64,000 nt of DNA from NCBI GenBank assembly GCA_009859145.1, contig VRVR01000027.1:48915-112914 (forward strand), written 5' to 3'. The stretch comes from Andalucia godoyi And28. Taxonomy: Eukaryota; Protista; Jakobida. The stretch's first letter is position 1. Each line of letters begins with the position of its first letter. Under the pieces are notes generated by a model that worked only from the letters and a program-made list of their open reading frames with translations, ran no database searches and was not told the DNA's origin. Made by a program: the position numbers and the translations under genes. Below, in pieces: positions 10,690 through 21,066 of the stretch.

Positions 10690-11505
10690 TCACCGGCGGA
10701 ATCTGGAGGAAAAACATCGAGCTCCATTGCGTCTCATCCCGGACGCACCCCCAGGATTGGGAGATCCACCCGAGTAAGAGGCATGACGATGTGGCCTTGC
10801 GACAGTCTGTTGCGAAGGTCGTGTTCCGTACGTCATCCTGCTATCTCCAAGATGCCATCGAAACTCTCTTCCCGCGATTCGCTGATCCTGACGTTCCTGG
10901 ACACGAGCAAAGCAATCGGTTGCAAAATGGCCACTCCGACCACAGCGAAAGCAAACAATTACTTCACGAGGATGATGCACCCTCGCAAAACACTGGGATG
11001 AAACATGACCAGTCCGTCCGCACCGGTCGCACTCCACCACCTCCTCTTCACTCTCACTCTCACAGAGAACGGTTCGCGCGTAGCATTCATCTGCGCAATG
11101 ACCAGTGCGACCACATCGTTGACGAGCACGATGAGATGCAGTGGTTCTGCTGGCAAGACGACAATCGTTCGCGAAATGACCGGATTCACCACACCGCCAA
11201 CATCGATCGGTCGCAGTGCACAATTCCCGATTCAGAGTCTCGAGTGTTGACGTCGGTAGAACAAGTTGAGAATACGAACCACTACGGACATTCTCAACAC
11301 CGTATTGCTGCATGTATATTTTGACATACTTGTCCTCGTCAAATGCATCAGTTCCGGGAATGACCTCCACAACCTCCAATGGTCGATACACAGCAGTCCA
11401 CGCACTTGCCGACCGATCAACGTGATCTTCTATCCGACAGCTCAAATTCGAGGTTTTGCCAACATAGTACTTGCCATACTCGCATCGAAGAACATACACT
11501 GACAT
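10690..11505 (-). CDS. GIY-YIG nuclease-domain protein with multiple CCHC zinc knuckles
   Basis: VYVLRCEYGKYYVGKTSN...SAWTAVYRPL...FDEDKYVKIYMQQYGVENVRSGSYS, then CWRCGESGHFANDC, a degenerate QRCGRTGHCADEC, CDRCGRTGHVSSQC and CFRCGRSGHFATDC. Confidence 0.88.
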   Translation of the reverse strand: MSVYVLRCEYGKYYVGKTSNLSCRIEDHVDRSASAWTAVYRPLEVVEVIPGTDAFDEDKYVKIYMQQYGVENVRSGSYSQLVLPTSTLETLNRELCTATDRCWRCGESGHFANDCRLASRTTASHRARQRCGRTGHCADECYARTVLCESESEEEVVECDRCGRTGHVSSQCFARVHHPREVIVCFRCGRSGHFATDCFARVQERQDQRIAGREFRWHLGDSRMTYGTRPSQQTVARPHRHASYSGGSPNPGGASGMRRNGARCFSSRFRR

Positions 11506-11716
11506 ACATATCGACATTTAAGCACAATACCTTCGGAAATGAAGAAAGAAGACGCCTTGGAATATGGTAGAGAATTGAAACAACGCACTGTTCTGTAAAA
11601 GTCTTGGGTCAGCAAGAGGCACAGAGCCCAATGGCAGAATTTCCTGTTTGGAGCACCATCTACGACAGCGGATACTTTACAAGATGTCAGTTTTCTTGGA
11701 TCCCATTCTCCGCATG

Positions 11717-12841
11717 TTACAAAGACTGGCGCCCCAGTGCGAGTTCATAAGGTTCCTTTCCAAAAGAATGCACAAAAGGTTTGACGGCCAACCCTTGCAG
11801 CATGATGTCTGGCCGTCCGTGGAGAGGAAACCGTCCGAACAGACGATCCATGAAAAAATCAATCATTTCAGCACAACACTTGGTCTCATGTTTCCGCCTC
11901 TTGCTTAGCTTGTCACGCAGTTGTGCATACACTCGGATGGTGTTGCACATCTTGTCTCGCAATGACGCTCTCCGGTCAAAATCCGGACGCCTCTGACACT
12001 TTCCATCCATGAAGAATCCATAGGCTGGCTCCAAAAACAAAATCATGCAAAGAAGCGCCCGTTTCTGTGGATCGTTTTTCCACGATTCATCGACTGGCGA
12101 AAATAATTGGTTTGGATTCGTCGGGTCAAACATATCCCCGTCGCTCTGGGTGTCGAAATGGGTGTTTTCCGCTATCCAGCTCCACTCGATGGGTTGGAAC
12201 ATATCCTGGGAATGCTCTGCGATTTTCGCAATCTCAACAAGGATGAATGATGGTGGGATGAGCCGTCCGGTCAAATTCGATCTCGAAGCAGATGCAAACA
12301 GCCGGCATACTTTCAACGTCACCTGCGAAGCACAATGCATGATCCAATACTCCTTCATGCCTGTGAATTGTTCACTCGCCAAAAACAAAAATTGATATCC
12401 TGTTTTCCCTGCAACAACCAGTTGAAAATAATCGGCCGGTTGCTCTCTGTACGGGTCGCATTGCTGGAAAATCGAAAACACGGCTTGTAGCAATGGTGCA
12501 TAAGGCTCATTCCATCTCCTTCGATCCTTCACATACTGAGACGTCGCTGGAGCAGCCATGATGGGAAGCAACACTCGTTGTCCCTTGAGCGGGAATGCAA
12601 CATTCATCGATACCCACACTTCAGCCATCAATGTCACGGCCAGAAGGGGCGAGATTTCAATGTCGGCCGGCTTGATGTGCGCGATCCCCGGCACAACCCG
12701 AGAAGAAAAGGCCGTCTCGAAAGTCGATGGAGAGAAGCTGGAATCTTCCTTCGCACGGGAAACCTTGGACGGACGGAATGCAGCAGAGTGAGCAGCTGGA
12801 AGAGGGCGAGTCGATCTTGTCGGATATCTGTTTGTTGACAT
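11717..12841 (-). CDS. Hypothetical protein (about 374 aa), no recognisable domain
   Basis: Long ORF (track 11717..13006) with first ATG at 12841 (MSTNRYPTRS) and globular composition after a low-complexity N-terminus. Confidence 0.65.
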   Translation of the reverse strand: MSTNRYPTRSTRPLPAAHSAAFRPSKVSRAKEDSSFSPSTFETAFSSRVVPGIAHIKPADIEISPLLAVTLMAEVWVSMNVAFPLKGQRVLLPIMAAPATSQYVKDRRRWNEPYAPLLQAVFSIFQQCDPYREQPADYFQLVVAGKTGYQFLFLASEQFTGMKEYWIMHCASQVTLKVCRLFASASRSNLTGRLIPPSFILVEIAKIAEHSQDMFQPIEWSWIAENTHFDTQSDGDMFDPTNPNQLFSPVDESWKNDPQKRALLCMILFLEPAYGFFMDGKCQRRPDFDRRASLRDKMCNTIRVYAQLRDKLSKRRKHETKCCAEMIDFFMDRLFGRFPLHGRPDIMLQGLAVKPFVHSFGKEPYELALGRQSL

Positions 12842-13902
12842 TTCCTGGAAGAAAAGTTGAAACCGCGAGGAAAACCTATTGCAGTATATTACATGTTGAG
12901 AGCTGCGGAATGTTTGCTTTTTTCGCAAAACCCCACGATTGCAGAGGAACAAGGGAAAGGATTGTGACGGTTTTTGAATGGAAATGTGGATGTTTACAAC
13001 CGTCACAATGGAGACGCAGCGGTCGATTGATTCCCGATTCTTCCGGTCTGTCGTTGTAGTATCTTCGGCTCGATAAACACCTGTGTGATGATTCGGCTAC
13101 GTATCTTTCAGTACGCCCATTTCCATGAATGAACATAGATTTCCATTTATTTGGACGAAGAAGGACATTACATTGGGATTTGTTGGTATCAAGTGAGAGA
13201 AGTGTACTGAAAGAACGTTTGCTGCCCAATTATTGATTTTCTCTGGCTCTTTTCGTCAGGCGGAGAGTTACTCCAGATCTTGGCCATTTTGGAGACAGCA
13301 GTAACGCTGCCGCCTGAGCCTGAAATTTATGAGACCAAGAATGATAGCTGACGACCACACTAAGGACAGTTCCATCGCCATTGGCAGCGGCAATCTCCAG
13401 TCTCTGGACCCGCTCTTCGTTGGACTCTTTAATCGCCTTCATGCGTGTGTCGTGTCAAGCGGAAAATGCAGCAACATAGATACGTCAATCAACAGGTTCA
13501 GCGATGCGATATATCAACAGAATGATTCGTGCAGGAATTTACCACGAATTCACAAGTAAATAAAGTCCGGCAGAGTGTGATGGAATGACACACAACTTGG
13601 ATCACCTTGCATCCCCCCCGCAGGAAACTCTTTTGGAATTCAATCGCTTCGCCTGCTACGGTCGCTCCTCCTTCCGCGAGGCTCGCTGGGAAAATCGCAC
13701 TGCAGGAGGAACCGTTTCGGTCAAAAATAGCTTGACGGTGCTCATACAGTCCATTTTTGCTACAATTGAGAAAGTACTAGTCGCTAAAAATAATAAATAA
13801 CGTTCACCCCGTTCTGGTCCTGGTTGCCCTCGTTTGTCCGGCATTTTCACAGCGAGCAGAGTCTATGGTTCGGGCTCTTTTACGGGGGTTGGAAGTCGGC
13901 GT

Positions 13903-13967
13903 ACGTAAAATGCACGTAAAATGCACGTAAAATGCACGTAAAATGCACGTAAAATGACGTAAAACGC
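13903..13967 (+). repeat. 11-bp tandem repeat (ACGTAAAATGC, about 6 copies), probable subterminal repeat of the adjacent hAT element
   Basis: acgtaaaatgc x4, then acgtaaaatg and acgtaaaacgc; about 100 bp downstream of the hAT transposase stop. Confidence 0.85.
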
Positions 13968-14069
13968 ATCATTTTGTCATCGAAATAAATGTATTGTCAT
14001 GTATTAGTGAGTAAACATCGCTGTTCGCATCGTCTTTGGTGGGTGTGGTGGGCCGACATTCTCTGTCGT

Positions 14070-16534
14070 TCAGTCCGCTCTAAATGTAATGAACGGATTG
14101 GTTTGCTTTCGACCTTTCACAGGAGATTGAGGAGGACTGTCGTCGTCCTCATTGGGGTCCTGTCTAGTTGTTCGCTTGCGAAGCCCTGGCTGTGAGTCAT
14201 TGGAGCCGCTTGCCGCAAAATGCGATACTTCTCGAAGCGATGCAACTCCGGAACTGTTTGTGACAGCAGATCCGGGAGCAACAGACGTTCGCATATTATT
14301 GGGAGCTTCGCGATCATCCTCGTCACTGAAAGGGTCAGAATCTGTTTCGGTATTGTTGATGCTCCCGCTACTTTCATCATCCCCGTCCTCTGAATCTGTG
14401 TCGTCTGGAGCGTGGTGGGTATTGAGCTGACGACAGAACTCTTCCGTACGCACCCTCAACTGCTCCGCCGTCATCTGCTTCTGCAACGTTCCGTACAATG
14501 CAATGAGCTGATTGACAACGATTTTGTATGCTTCATCACGGTCAACGTGCTGTCCATGTCGTCGTTTCCACCCTTTGTGAGCTCCAAACACAGATACAGC
14601 TTTGATCGCTGTTTTTGATGCAAGTCGACTTCGTCGGTTGCTCACGATGAATCCGTAGTCTGAAAAGTTGCGTTCCGCAGCGACAGAGGATGCCGGCATT
14701 GCGAAAATCCTGTTCGCGATTCGGCTTAAGTTTTGATAGAACACCTCTGCTTCTTGCATTCCAAAGCGAACGTGGATGCATTGTTGTTTGGGCCCTCTCC
14801 TGTTCCAGCTCGGGAGTCATTGACTGCCGAAGGCCGAAAATATTGGAAACCCCGTTCTTCGAATCTGCCATGAAGCTGTTGTGTTCCTCCAACGCCTCTT
14901 CTGCTTCATTTTGCTTCACTTGCTTGCCAATGATGTCGTTCAGGGCAGTTATGCAACCCGCACTTGCACAGTGAACATATCGTGGATCGAGAGCAATTGA
15001 TGCGCGAATGATCGGATGACTCAGGAACTTCTTCCACGTTTGCAAAAGTTGCTGTTCCACAACCTTTGCGAACGGACGTCCCTGGGAGTTGGTCCTCTTC
15101 AAGAAGCTGTTTTGACGAATCCACATTAACAGACATTCCCAACACATAAAAATGTCTGATACTACTGCTCGATCGGATTCAAGTGCTCAGATTACCGATG
15201 AGATCTTGGATAGCAGATGAACAGCATCTGACAGGGTTTGTTTAGTGTCTGCTTTCAACACCCAGGACACCAGGTCTGGAGTGAATGCCTTTTTGACATC
15301 CAAATCGTTGACCAAGGCCACCGTCAGAGCCGAGAAGTTCTCCAGAACAGATCGAAGAGTCGCATGTTGGTAATCCTAACGCGTCTTAATGGCCTGTTTG
15401 AGCTTACGTTTCCATTCTTGCATGTTCTTCGGTTTGGCTGTCAGCAGAGAAGATCGATTAACGGTAGTGACAATTTCAGAGGTCCTCTGCAAGACAACAT
15501 CCAACATGTCCACAACAGCAACGATTTTCTTGATCAACAGAGATGTGATGTGTGCAGCACAACCAATTGTCCAGAGATCTGGACGATAGACTTGAAAGAT
15601 CCCTTCACATTTTCAGCATCGTAGAACGGTTGTCTGTGATGATTCCAACAAATGATCCATGTTTCAAGCCACACTCGTGTTCGATTTCGCTCATGTGCTG
15701 TTCGACCACTCTGGCAGTATATTGGGCTGTGACAGAGGCATCTTTTGTGTACACTCCTGTCCAGAAATGTGGCTCCGGAGTGACGATCACAATGTTCAAA
15801 ATGTGGTTCCTTTGATTGTCTGTCCAACCGTCGACAGTTAACACCTATCCGGGAGAACGCGCACATGCATCTTTCACTTTTTGTCTGGTTGATCTGTGTG
15901 CCTTCTCTAAAACTGTTGTGGCCAGTGTTTTTCGATCCAATCGCTCTCTAAACGGCCGCCGGTGAGCTGACTGGTTGGAAAGTTGAACATGAGTGGCATA
16001 TTCTTCTGCTTCAGCATCTAATGTAAGGTCTCGTTCGCTACGGTCATGCGGGACGCACCCAAGCATCGCAAAACACTCCCATAATGCATGATTGTCTAGA
16101 AATCGAAAGGGAATTCCAGACGTGATCATCGCCTCTCTAAGTGCGTACATGGCTTTATTCCACGCGAACAGACTTGAATTTGCTTTTGGGAAATCATATG
16201 TGTTCGCTGTCTTCAGTGAGGAGGTTGGTGACGACAGACCATTCGACGAGCCATGGGGCACATCAGGGTTGAATACTGCCAGTTCCACAGACACACGATC
16301 AACTTCTTCCTGAGACATTCCGAAATCTTGAGCCCACTCGCGAAGATGTTGTCGGACGTAGCTCAAATCCTGCAGTTTGGAGCAACGCCTTTCTTCATAG
16401 TGAACTGCCTGACGGGATCCGTTGTTCCCTTCCGGCAGAGGGTCGCCGCACAAACGGCATATCCCCCGCCCAAGATTATGCTGCTGCCTGTTTGGATGAT
16501 GAGCGAATGATCTCCACCAACAAAGTTTTCCCAT
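14070..16534 (-). mobile_element. Decayed hAT-superfamily transposase (BED zinc finger, DDE core, C-terminal dimerisation domain); pseudogene
   Basis: CRLC...HYEERRC (BED-like), SGIPFRFLDN, LTVDGWTD (D1), IITDN (D2), GCAAH (CxxH), ALDPRY, ASSVAAERNFS (E). Broken by in-frame TAG at 15845 and TGA at 15605, plus frameshifts. TIRs not identified. Confidence 0.88.
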
Positions 16535-17625
16535 TTTCAAATCATCATGTGGATTCCAAAACTCTTCCTTTTCTTCTTTTTCTCCTGCAGTAACCAGAAG
16601 ATCATCCGCGCATCACTAGGAGGTGTAAAATGATTGTGTCAGTCGGCATTAGAATTCCTCGCCGCCCCTCCTGAATCTTGGCCAAACCCGATGCGGATGC
16701 ATCATACAGCATGACAAGCACTGAATGGTGTTCATCGATCCGGGCAGAATACGGCTCATTGGATACAATTCCGTCTCATGCTGCGACGACAAATCATCAG
16801 AAATCCTGACTGTGACTGCTTTTCCAGTCGTGGTAGAAGGTAATTCGGCGTTTGCAACGTTGAAATAAATACTACACATCGTATCAGAATTTGACCGCGT
16901 TCGTCTGAGTGTCTGCAAAACGAATTCGTCGTCAAAGTGCAAGCTGTGGCAACAGAAAAAGGACGCCGACACGCAAAGTGCTGTGGAATCTAAAAGAAAA
17001 TCGACGAAAACGAACCACCATTTTTGGCAGACTACCGTAGGCGAGAGGCAGCATATGATCGAAGTCACGACTGGCAACGGGGCGACGACACAGTCTGATA
17101 CACCGCAGTCTGTTTGTCTTTCCGGATTTTGTCTGCTTTTTCTCTTCCTTCCGTTCCTTTTATGACTTGCATCTAGACACAATCTAGAATGTATTTCTTT
17201 TCATTCTCTTAATATTTTTTCTTCTTCGATCGTCCATCGTCTATCTTTTCATTTGGGTTTTCTTATTTCGTGAAAGTTTCCAAGAACGGTTTGTACATTG
17301 CGACACCGTGCCTTGTTGACAGTGCTTTGGAGTCCATCATACATCGTGTCGATCGTTGGATCTCCGCTGTTTTCGCCGCTCGACGCAGCCAGTGCCCAGT
17401 CTGGATCGCTCGGACATTCACTCGGACATTGGCACAGACATCGACGACGCTGACTTTGACTCTGACTCTGACCCGTCGTCTCGGCTGTTTGTTGAATCGC
17501 ACAATCGGCGCCGCAAAGTGAGACCACTGGTATTGATCCGACACCGCTCTGGATCAGGAGCGCCGTTTGCTGCATCGCCCAACAAATACTCGAACGTTCG
17601 GTCTTCGGATTCGCGAACTCCACTG

Positions 17626-20600
17626 ATGGCTGCTGCTGCGGGGGCTCCGGGCTACTCGTCTGAACGAAGGTCGGAGTGCACGGAACGAACATCGCGATTG
17701 GTCTGGACAAATGACTCTGCGTCGCATGCGCCATTCAAGTATCCTGACAACTACGTTTCCACAGCAAAGTACACCATCCTTACGTTTCTGCCAAAGAATC
17801 TTTTCGAGCAGTTTTCGCGAATCGCAAACTTGTACTTTCTGCTCATTTCCATTCTCCAGGTTTCAACAAATCTCTCGCCAACCGGAAAGTTCGGTACCAT
17901 TGTGCCTCTTGCCATTGTGATCACCGTGACTGCAATCAAGGATGCCTATGAGGACTATAAAAGGCACCAGGCGGACAAGGAAGTCAACAATAGAAACGCC
18001 ACGGTCTACAGAGATGGCAGACAGATGACGGTGAAGTGGTCGGATATTCGCGTCGGCGATGTCGTTTTTCTCGAAAGGGACGAGCCGATCCCGGCGGACT
18101 TGGTTTTCCTGTCCTCGTCGGAGTCTCACGGGACGTGCTACGTCGAGACTTCCTCTCTGGACGGAGAAACGAATCTGAAAATCAGATCGTCGGTGATGGA
18201 CACGAGGCAGTTTGGCTCGCCAGACCTCATTTCGGGACTGAAGTGCTCGATCGAGTGCGAGCAACCGAACAAGGAACTCTATAGATATGATGGAAACATG
18301 GAAATCAATGGGAGGACCATCAGTTTAACCAATGATAACATCCTGCTGCGAGGAATGACCATGAAGAACACAAAGTGGGTCTACGGACTCGTCGTGTACA
18401 GCGGTATCCACACGAAGCTCATGCAGAACTCCACCAATCCCCCTCACAAGCGATCCAAGATGGAGCGATTGACAAACAAGAACATCTTATTCATTTTCCT
18501 ATGGCTGTTTTTGCTGTCGTTTGTCTGCGCGGTGCTGCTCGGGGTGTGGACAGACAAGAATGGGAACTTGTGGTATGTCCCCAGCAACCAGTCCGCTGCT
18601 GCTGCGGGTGCACTCGGATTCATTACTTTTCTGATCTTGTTCAACAATCTGATCCCCATTTCCCTCTACGTCTCGCTGGAAATGGTCAAGGTCGTCCAGG
18701 CGTATTATATTTCGAATGATATTCACATGTATTTTGCAGAAACCAACACCCCGGCGCAAGCGCGGACGTCTTCGCTCAACGAAGAGCTCGGCCAAATCCA
18801 ATACGTCTTTTCCGACAAGACTGGCACGCTAACACAGAATCGTCTGGAGTTCATGAAGTGCTCGATTGCTGGCTATCGATATGGACATGGCGTGACGGAA
18901 ATTGCGCGTGCTGCTGCAAAGAGGCAGGGCAAGACGCTGGAAGACACCCGACCGGAAGAATACAGGAAAAAGGGCGCCTCTGGATTTTATGACCCAAAGC
19001 TGCTGGACGGGAGTTGGAAGCGCGAACCGTGTTCGGTGCAGGTCGCAGAGTTTTTCACTCTTCTTTCTCTGTGCCACTCCGTCGTCCCAGAGCCCTCCAA
19101 AGAGAATGAGAGCATCATTACGTATCAGGCTTCGTCTCCAGATGATCTGGCGCTCGTTGGTGGCGCTCGATCCCTCGGTTTTTTTTTCCACAAGCGGACC
19201 CCAACGTCCCTCGGAGTGGAAGTGGACGGCACGTCGAAGAACTACGAATTGATTGCGACGTTAGAATTCAATTCCACGCGTAAGCGCATGTCTGTTGTCA
19301 TTCGAACTCCAGAAGGCAAGCACTTGCTCCTGTGCAAGGGCGCGGACTCTGTTGTGTTTCCTCGTCTCGTGCATGCCGCCAAGTATTCTGACGTCACCGT
19401 GGATCATCTGCAAGATTTTGCTTCCGAGGGGCTGCGAACGCTGTGTCTTGCGCAACGCGAATTTTCAGACGCCGAATTCGAGTCGTTTTCGCAAAGGTAC
19501 CGCGAGGCGACGTTGGCGCTCAACGACCGCGAAGGAAAAATCAACCAGGTTGCGGAAGACTTTGAGCGGGAACTCCAGCTCCTAGGCGCGACGGGTATCG
19601 AGGATAAATTGCAGGAAGGTGTTCCGGACACAATCGAAATTCTTGCGAAAGCTGGCATCAAAACGTGGGTGCTTACTGGTGACAAGCAAGAGACGGCCAT
19701 TAATATTGGCTTCGCATGTGCTCTGTTGGACGACACCCAGGAAATTGCTGTTGTGAATGCAACAGACGAAGCCAGCTTCCGGGTGTCCCTGAATGAATCC
19801 ATGAAGAAGATATCCGCTGCCCGGAGTGGAAATCGGGATGCAGGACTCGTGATCGATGGAACCTCACTGAGCTTAGCCCTCAGCGAACAGTTTCGCAGCT
19901 CATTTCTGTTGCTCGGTGAGCAATGTCGCTCTGTGATCTGCTGCCGCGTCTCTCCGCTGCAGAAAGCCGAGGTTGTGGAACTTGTTCGGTACTCGCGAAA
20001 CGTTGTTACGTTGGCAATCGGCGATGGTGCGAATGATGTGTCCATGATTCAAGCGGCGCATGTCGGTGTCGGTATTTCTGGTCTTGAAGGGATGCAGGCT
20101 GCTCGTGCATCGGACTATTCCATTGGCCAATTTCGGTTTTTGCAGCGCTTGCTGCTTGTTCATGGTCGCCATTCTTACCGTCGCAATGCCAAGCTTGTGC
20201 TGTACTCGTTCTACAAGAATTCTGCAATGTTCCTGACGCAGCTGTGGTTCATTTTCTACAACGGCTTCTCCGGAACGTCGCTTTATGAGAGGTGGACGCT
20301 TGTCATGTTCAATGTCGTTTTTTCTGCATTCCCGATTCTTGCGTTTGGCATCTTTGATCGTGATGTCAGTGAGCGTGCAGCACTGCGATTTCCTCGTCTG
20401 TACTTGCAAGGTCGCGACAACAAATTGTTTACGGGTCGCATTTTCTGGTGCAATATTTTGAATGCCATCTTCCATTCTCTGGTCTTCTTCTTTGTGCCTG
20501 TCTGGACTGTGGAAAACTCGACCGTCTACGCCAACGGCAAGACGATTGGGTTGTACAGCATGGGACTCATCATGTACGCGTGTGTGGTTATCACAATTAC

Positions 20601-21066
20601 TCTCAAGTTGGCTCTTGAGACCTCGACTTGGACGAGGTGGAATCACATTTCCGTCTGGGGGTCGATTGCGAGTTACTTCATTTTCAATCTCATTTACACA
20701 AACCTGTATGAATTTGTGGATGCCGCTGAAATTTCGGGGTCGTACGGAATGTTCTTTGAAATATGCACCTCTGCGTCGTTCTGGCTGCTTATGCCGCTCA
20801 TTCCAGTGATTTGCCTCTGTCGCGACTTTGTCTACAAGTTCTGGAAGCGCCATATGCGCAAAGGTGGAGAGCGGCGGCTGCTGTATCTCGTGCAGATGGC
20901 GGACAAGCGCGACATTTTTGCCGACGACACTGCAGATACGATCGAGTCGATTGAAAGGGAACCCGAGGAGCGCACGGGACTGGATCACTATGGGGAGCGG
21001 CGCCCAGTTCGGGACGGTCTGGACAAATGCACTGCAAACTACACCGGATACGCAGTGGACGACTAG
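17626..21066 (+). CDS. DRS2: P4-type ATPase, phospholipid flippase (DRS2/ATP8A/ALA3-like)
   Basis: TAKYTILTFLPKNLFEQFSRIANLYFL, DGETNLK, LIPISLYVSLE, FSDKTGTLTQN, KGADS, LTGDKQETA, CCRVSPLQKA, GDGANDVSMIQAAHVGVGISGLEGMQA; C-terminal TGYAV resembles the GYAF motif. First ATG at 17626; the frame is open from 17320. Confidence 0.96.
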   Translation: MAAAAGAPGYSSERRSECTERTSRLVWTNDSASHAPFKYPDNYVSTAKYTILTFLPKNLFEQFSRIANLYFLLISILQVSTNLSPTGKFGTIVPLAIVITVTAIKDAYEDYKRHQADKEVNNRNATVYRDGRQMTVKWSDIRVGDVVFLERDEPIPADLVFLSSSESHGTCYVETSSLDGETNLKIRSSVMDTRQFGSPDLISGLKCSIECEQPNKELYRYDGNMEINGRTISLTNDNILLRGMTMKNTKWVYGLVVYSGIHTKLMQNSTNPPHKRSKMERLTNKNILFIFLWLFLLSFVCAVLLGVWTDKNGNLWYVPSNQSAAAAGALGFITFLILFNNLIPISLYVSLEMVKVVQAYYISNDIHMYFAETNTPAQARTSSLNEELGQIQYVFSDKTGTLTQNRLEFMKCSIAGYRYGHGVTEIARAAAKRQGKTLEDTRPEEYRKKGASGFYDPKLLDGSWKREPCSVQVAEFFTLLSLCHSVVPEPSKENESIITYQASSPDDLALVGGARSLGFFFHKRTPTSLGVEVDGTSKNYELIATLEFNSTRKRMSVVIRTPEGKHLLLCKGADSVVFPRLVHAAKYSDVTVDHLQDFASEGLRTLCLAQREFSDAEFESFSQRYREATLALNDREGKINQVAEDFERELQLLGATGIEDKLQEGVPDTIEILAKAGIKTWVLTGDKQETAINIGFACALLDDTQEIAVVNATDEASFRVSLNESMKKISAARSGNRDAGLVIDGTSLSLALSEQFRSSFLLLGEQCRSVICCRVSPLQKAEVVELVRYSRNVVTLAIGDGANDVSMIQAAHVGVGISGLEGMQAARASDYSIGQFRFLQRLLLVHGRHSYRRNAKLVLYSFYKNSAMFLTQLWFIFYNGFSGTSLYERWTLVMFNVVFSAFPILAFGIFDRDVSERAALRFPRLYLQGRDNKLFTGRIFWCNILNAIFHSLVFFFVPVWTVENSTVYANGKTIGLYSMGLIMYACVVITITLKLALETSTWTRWNHISVWGSIASYFIFNLIYTNLYEFVDAAEISGSYGMFFEICTSASFWLLMPLIPVICLCRDFVYKFWKRHMRKGGERRLLYLVQMADKRDIFADDTADTIESIEREPEERTGLDHYGERRPVRDGLDKCTANYTGYAVDD

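Noticed and set aside
13903-13967. Short tandem array considered as a CRISPR or telomeric repeat
   Set aside because: No spacers, 11-bp unit, eukaryotic context and position next to a hAT transposase favour a subterminal repeat.
15605-15847. In-frame TAG/TGA stops in hAT and Cu-ATPase copies considered as evidence for a variant genetic code or selenocysteine
   Set aside because: They co-occur with frameshifts and deletions, and intact long genes read cleanly in the standard code, so they are pseudogene lesions.
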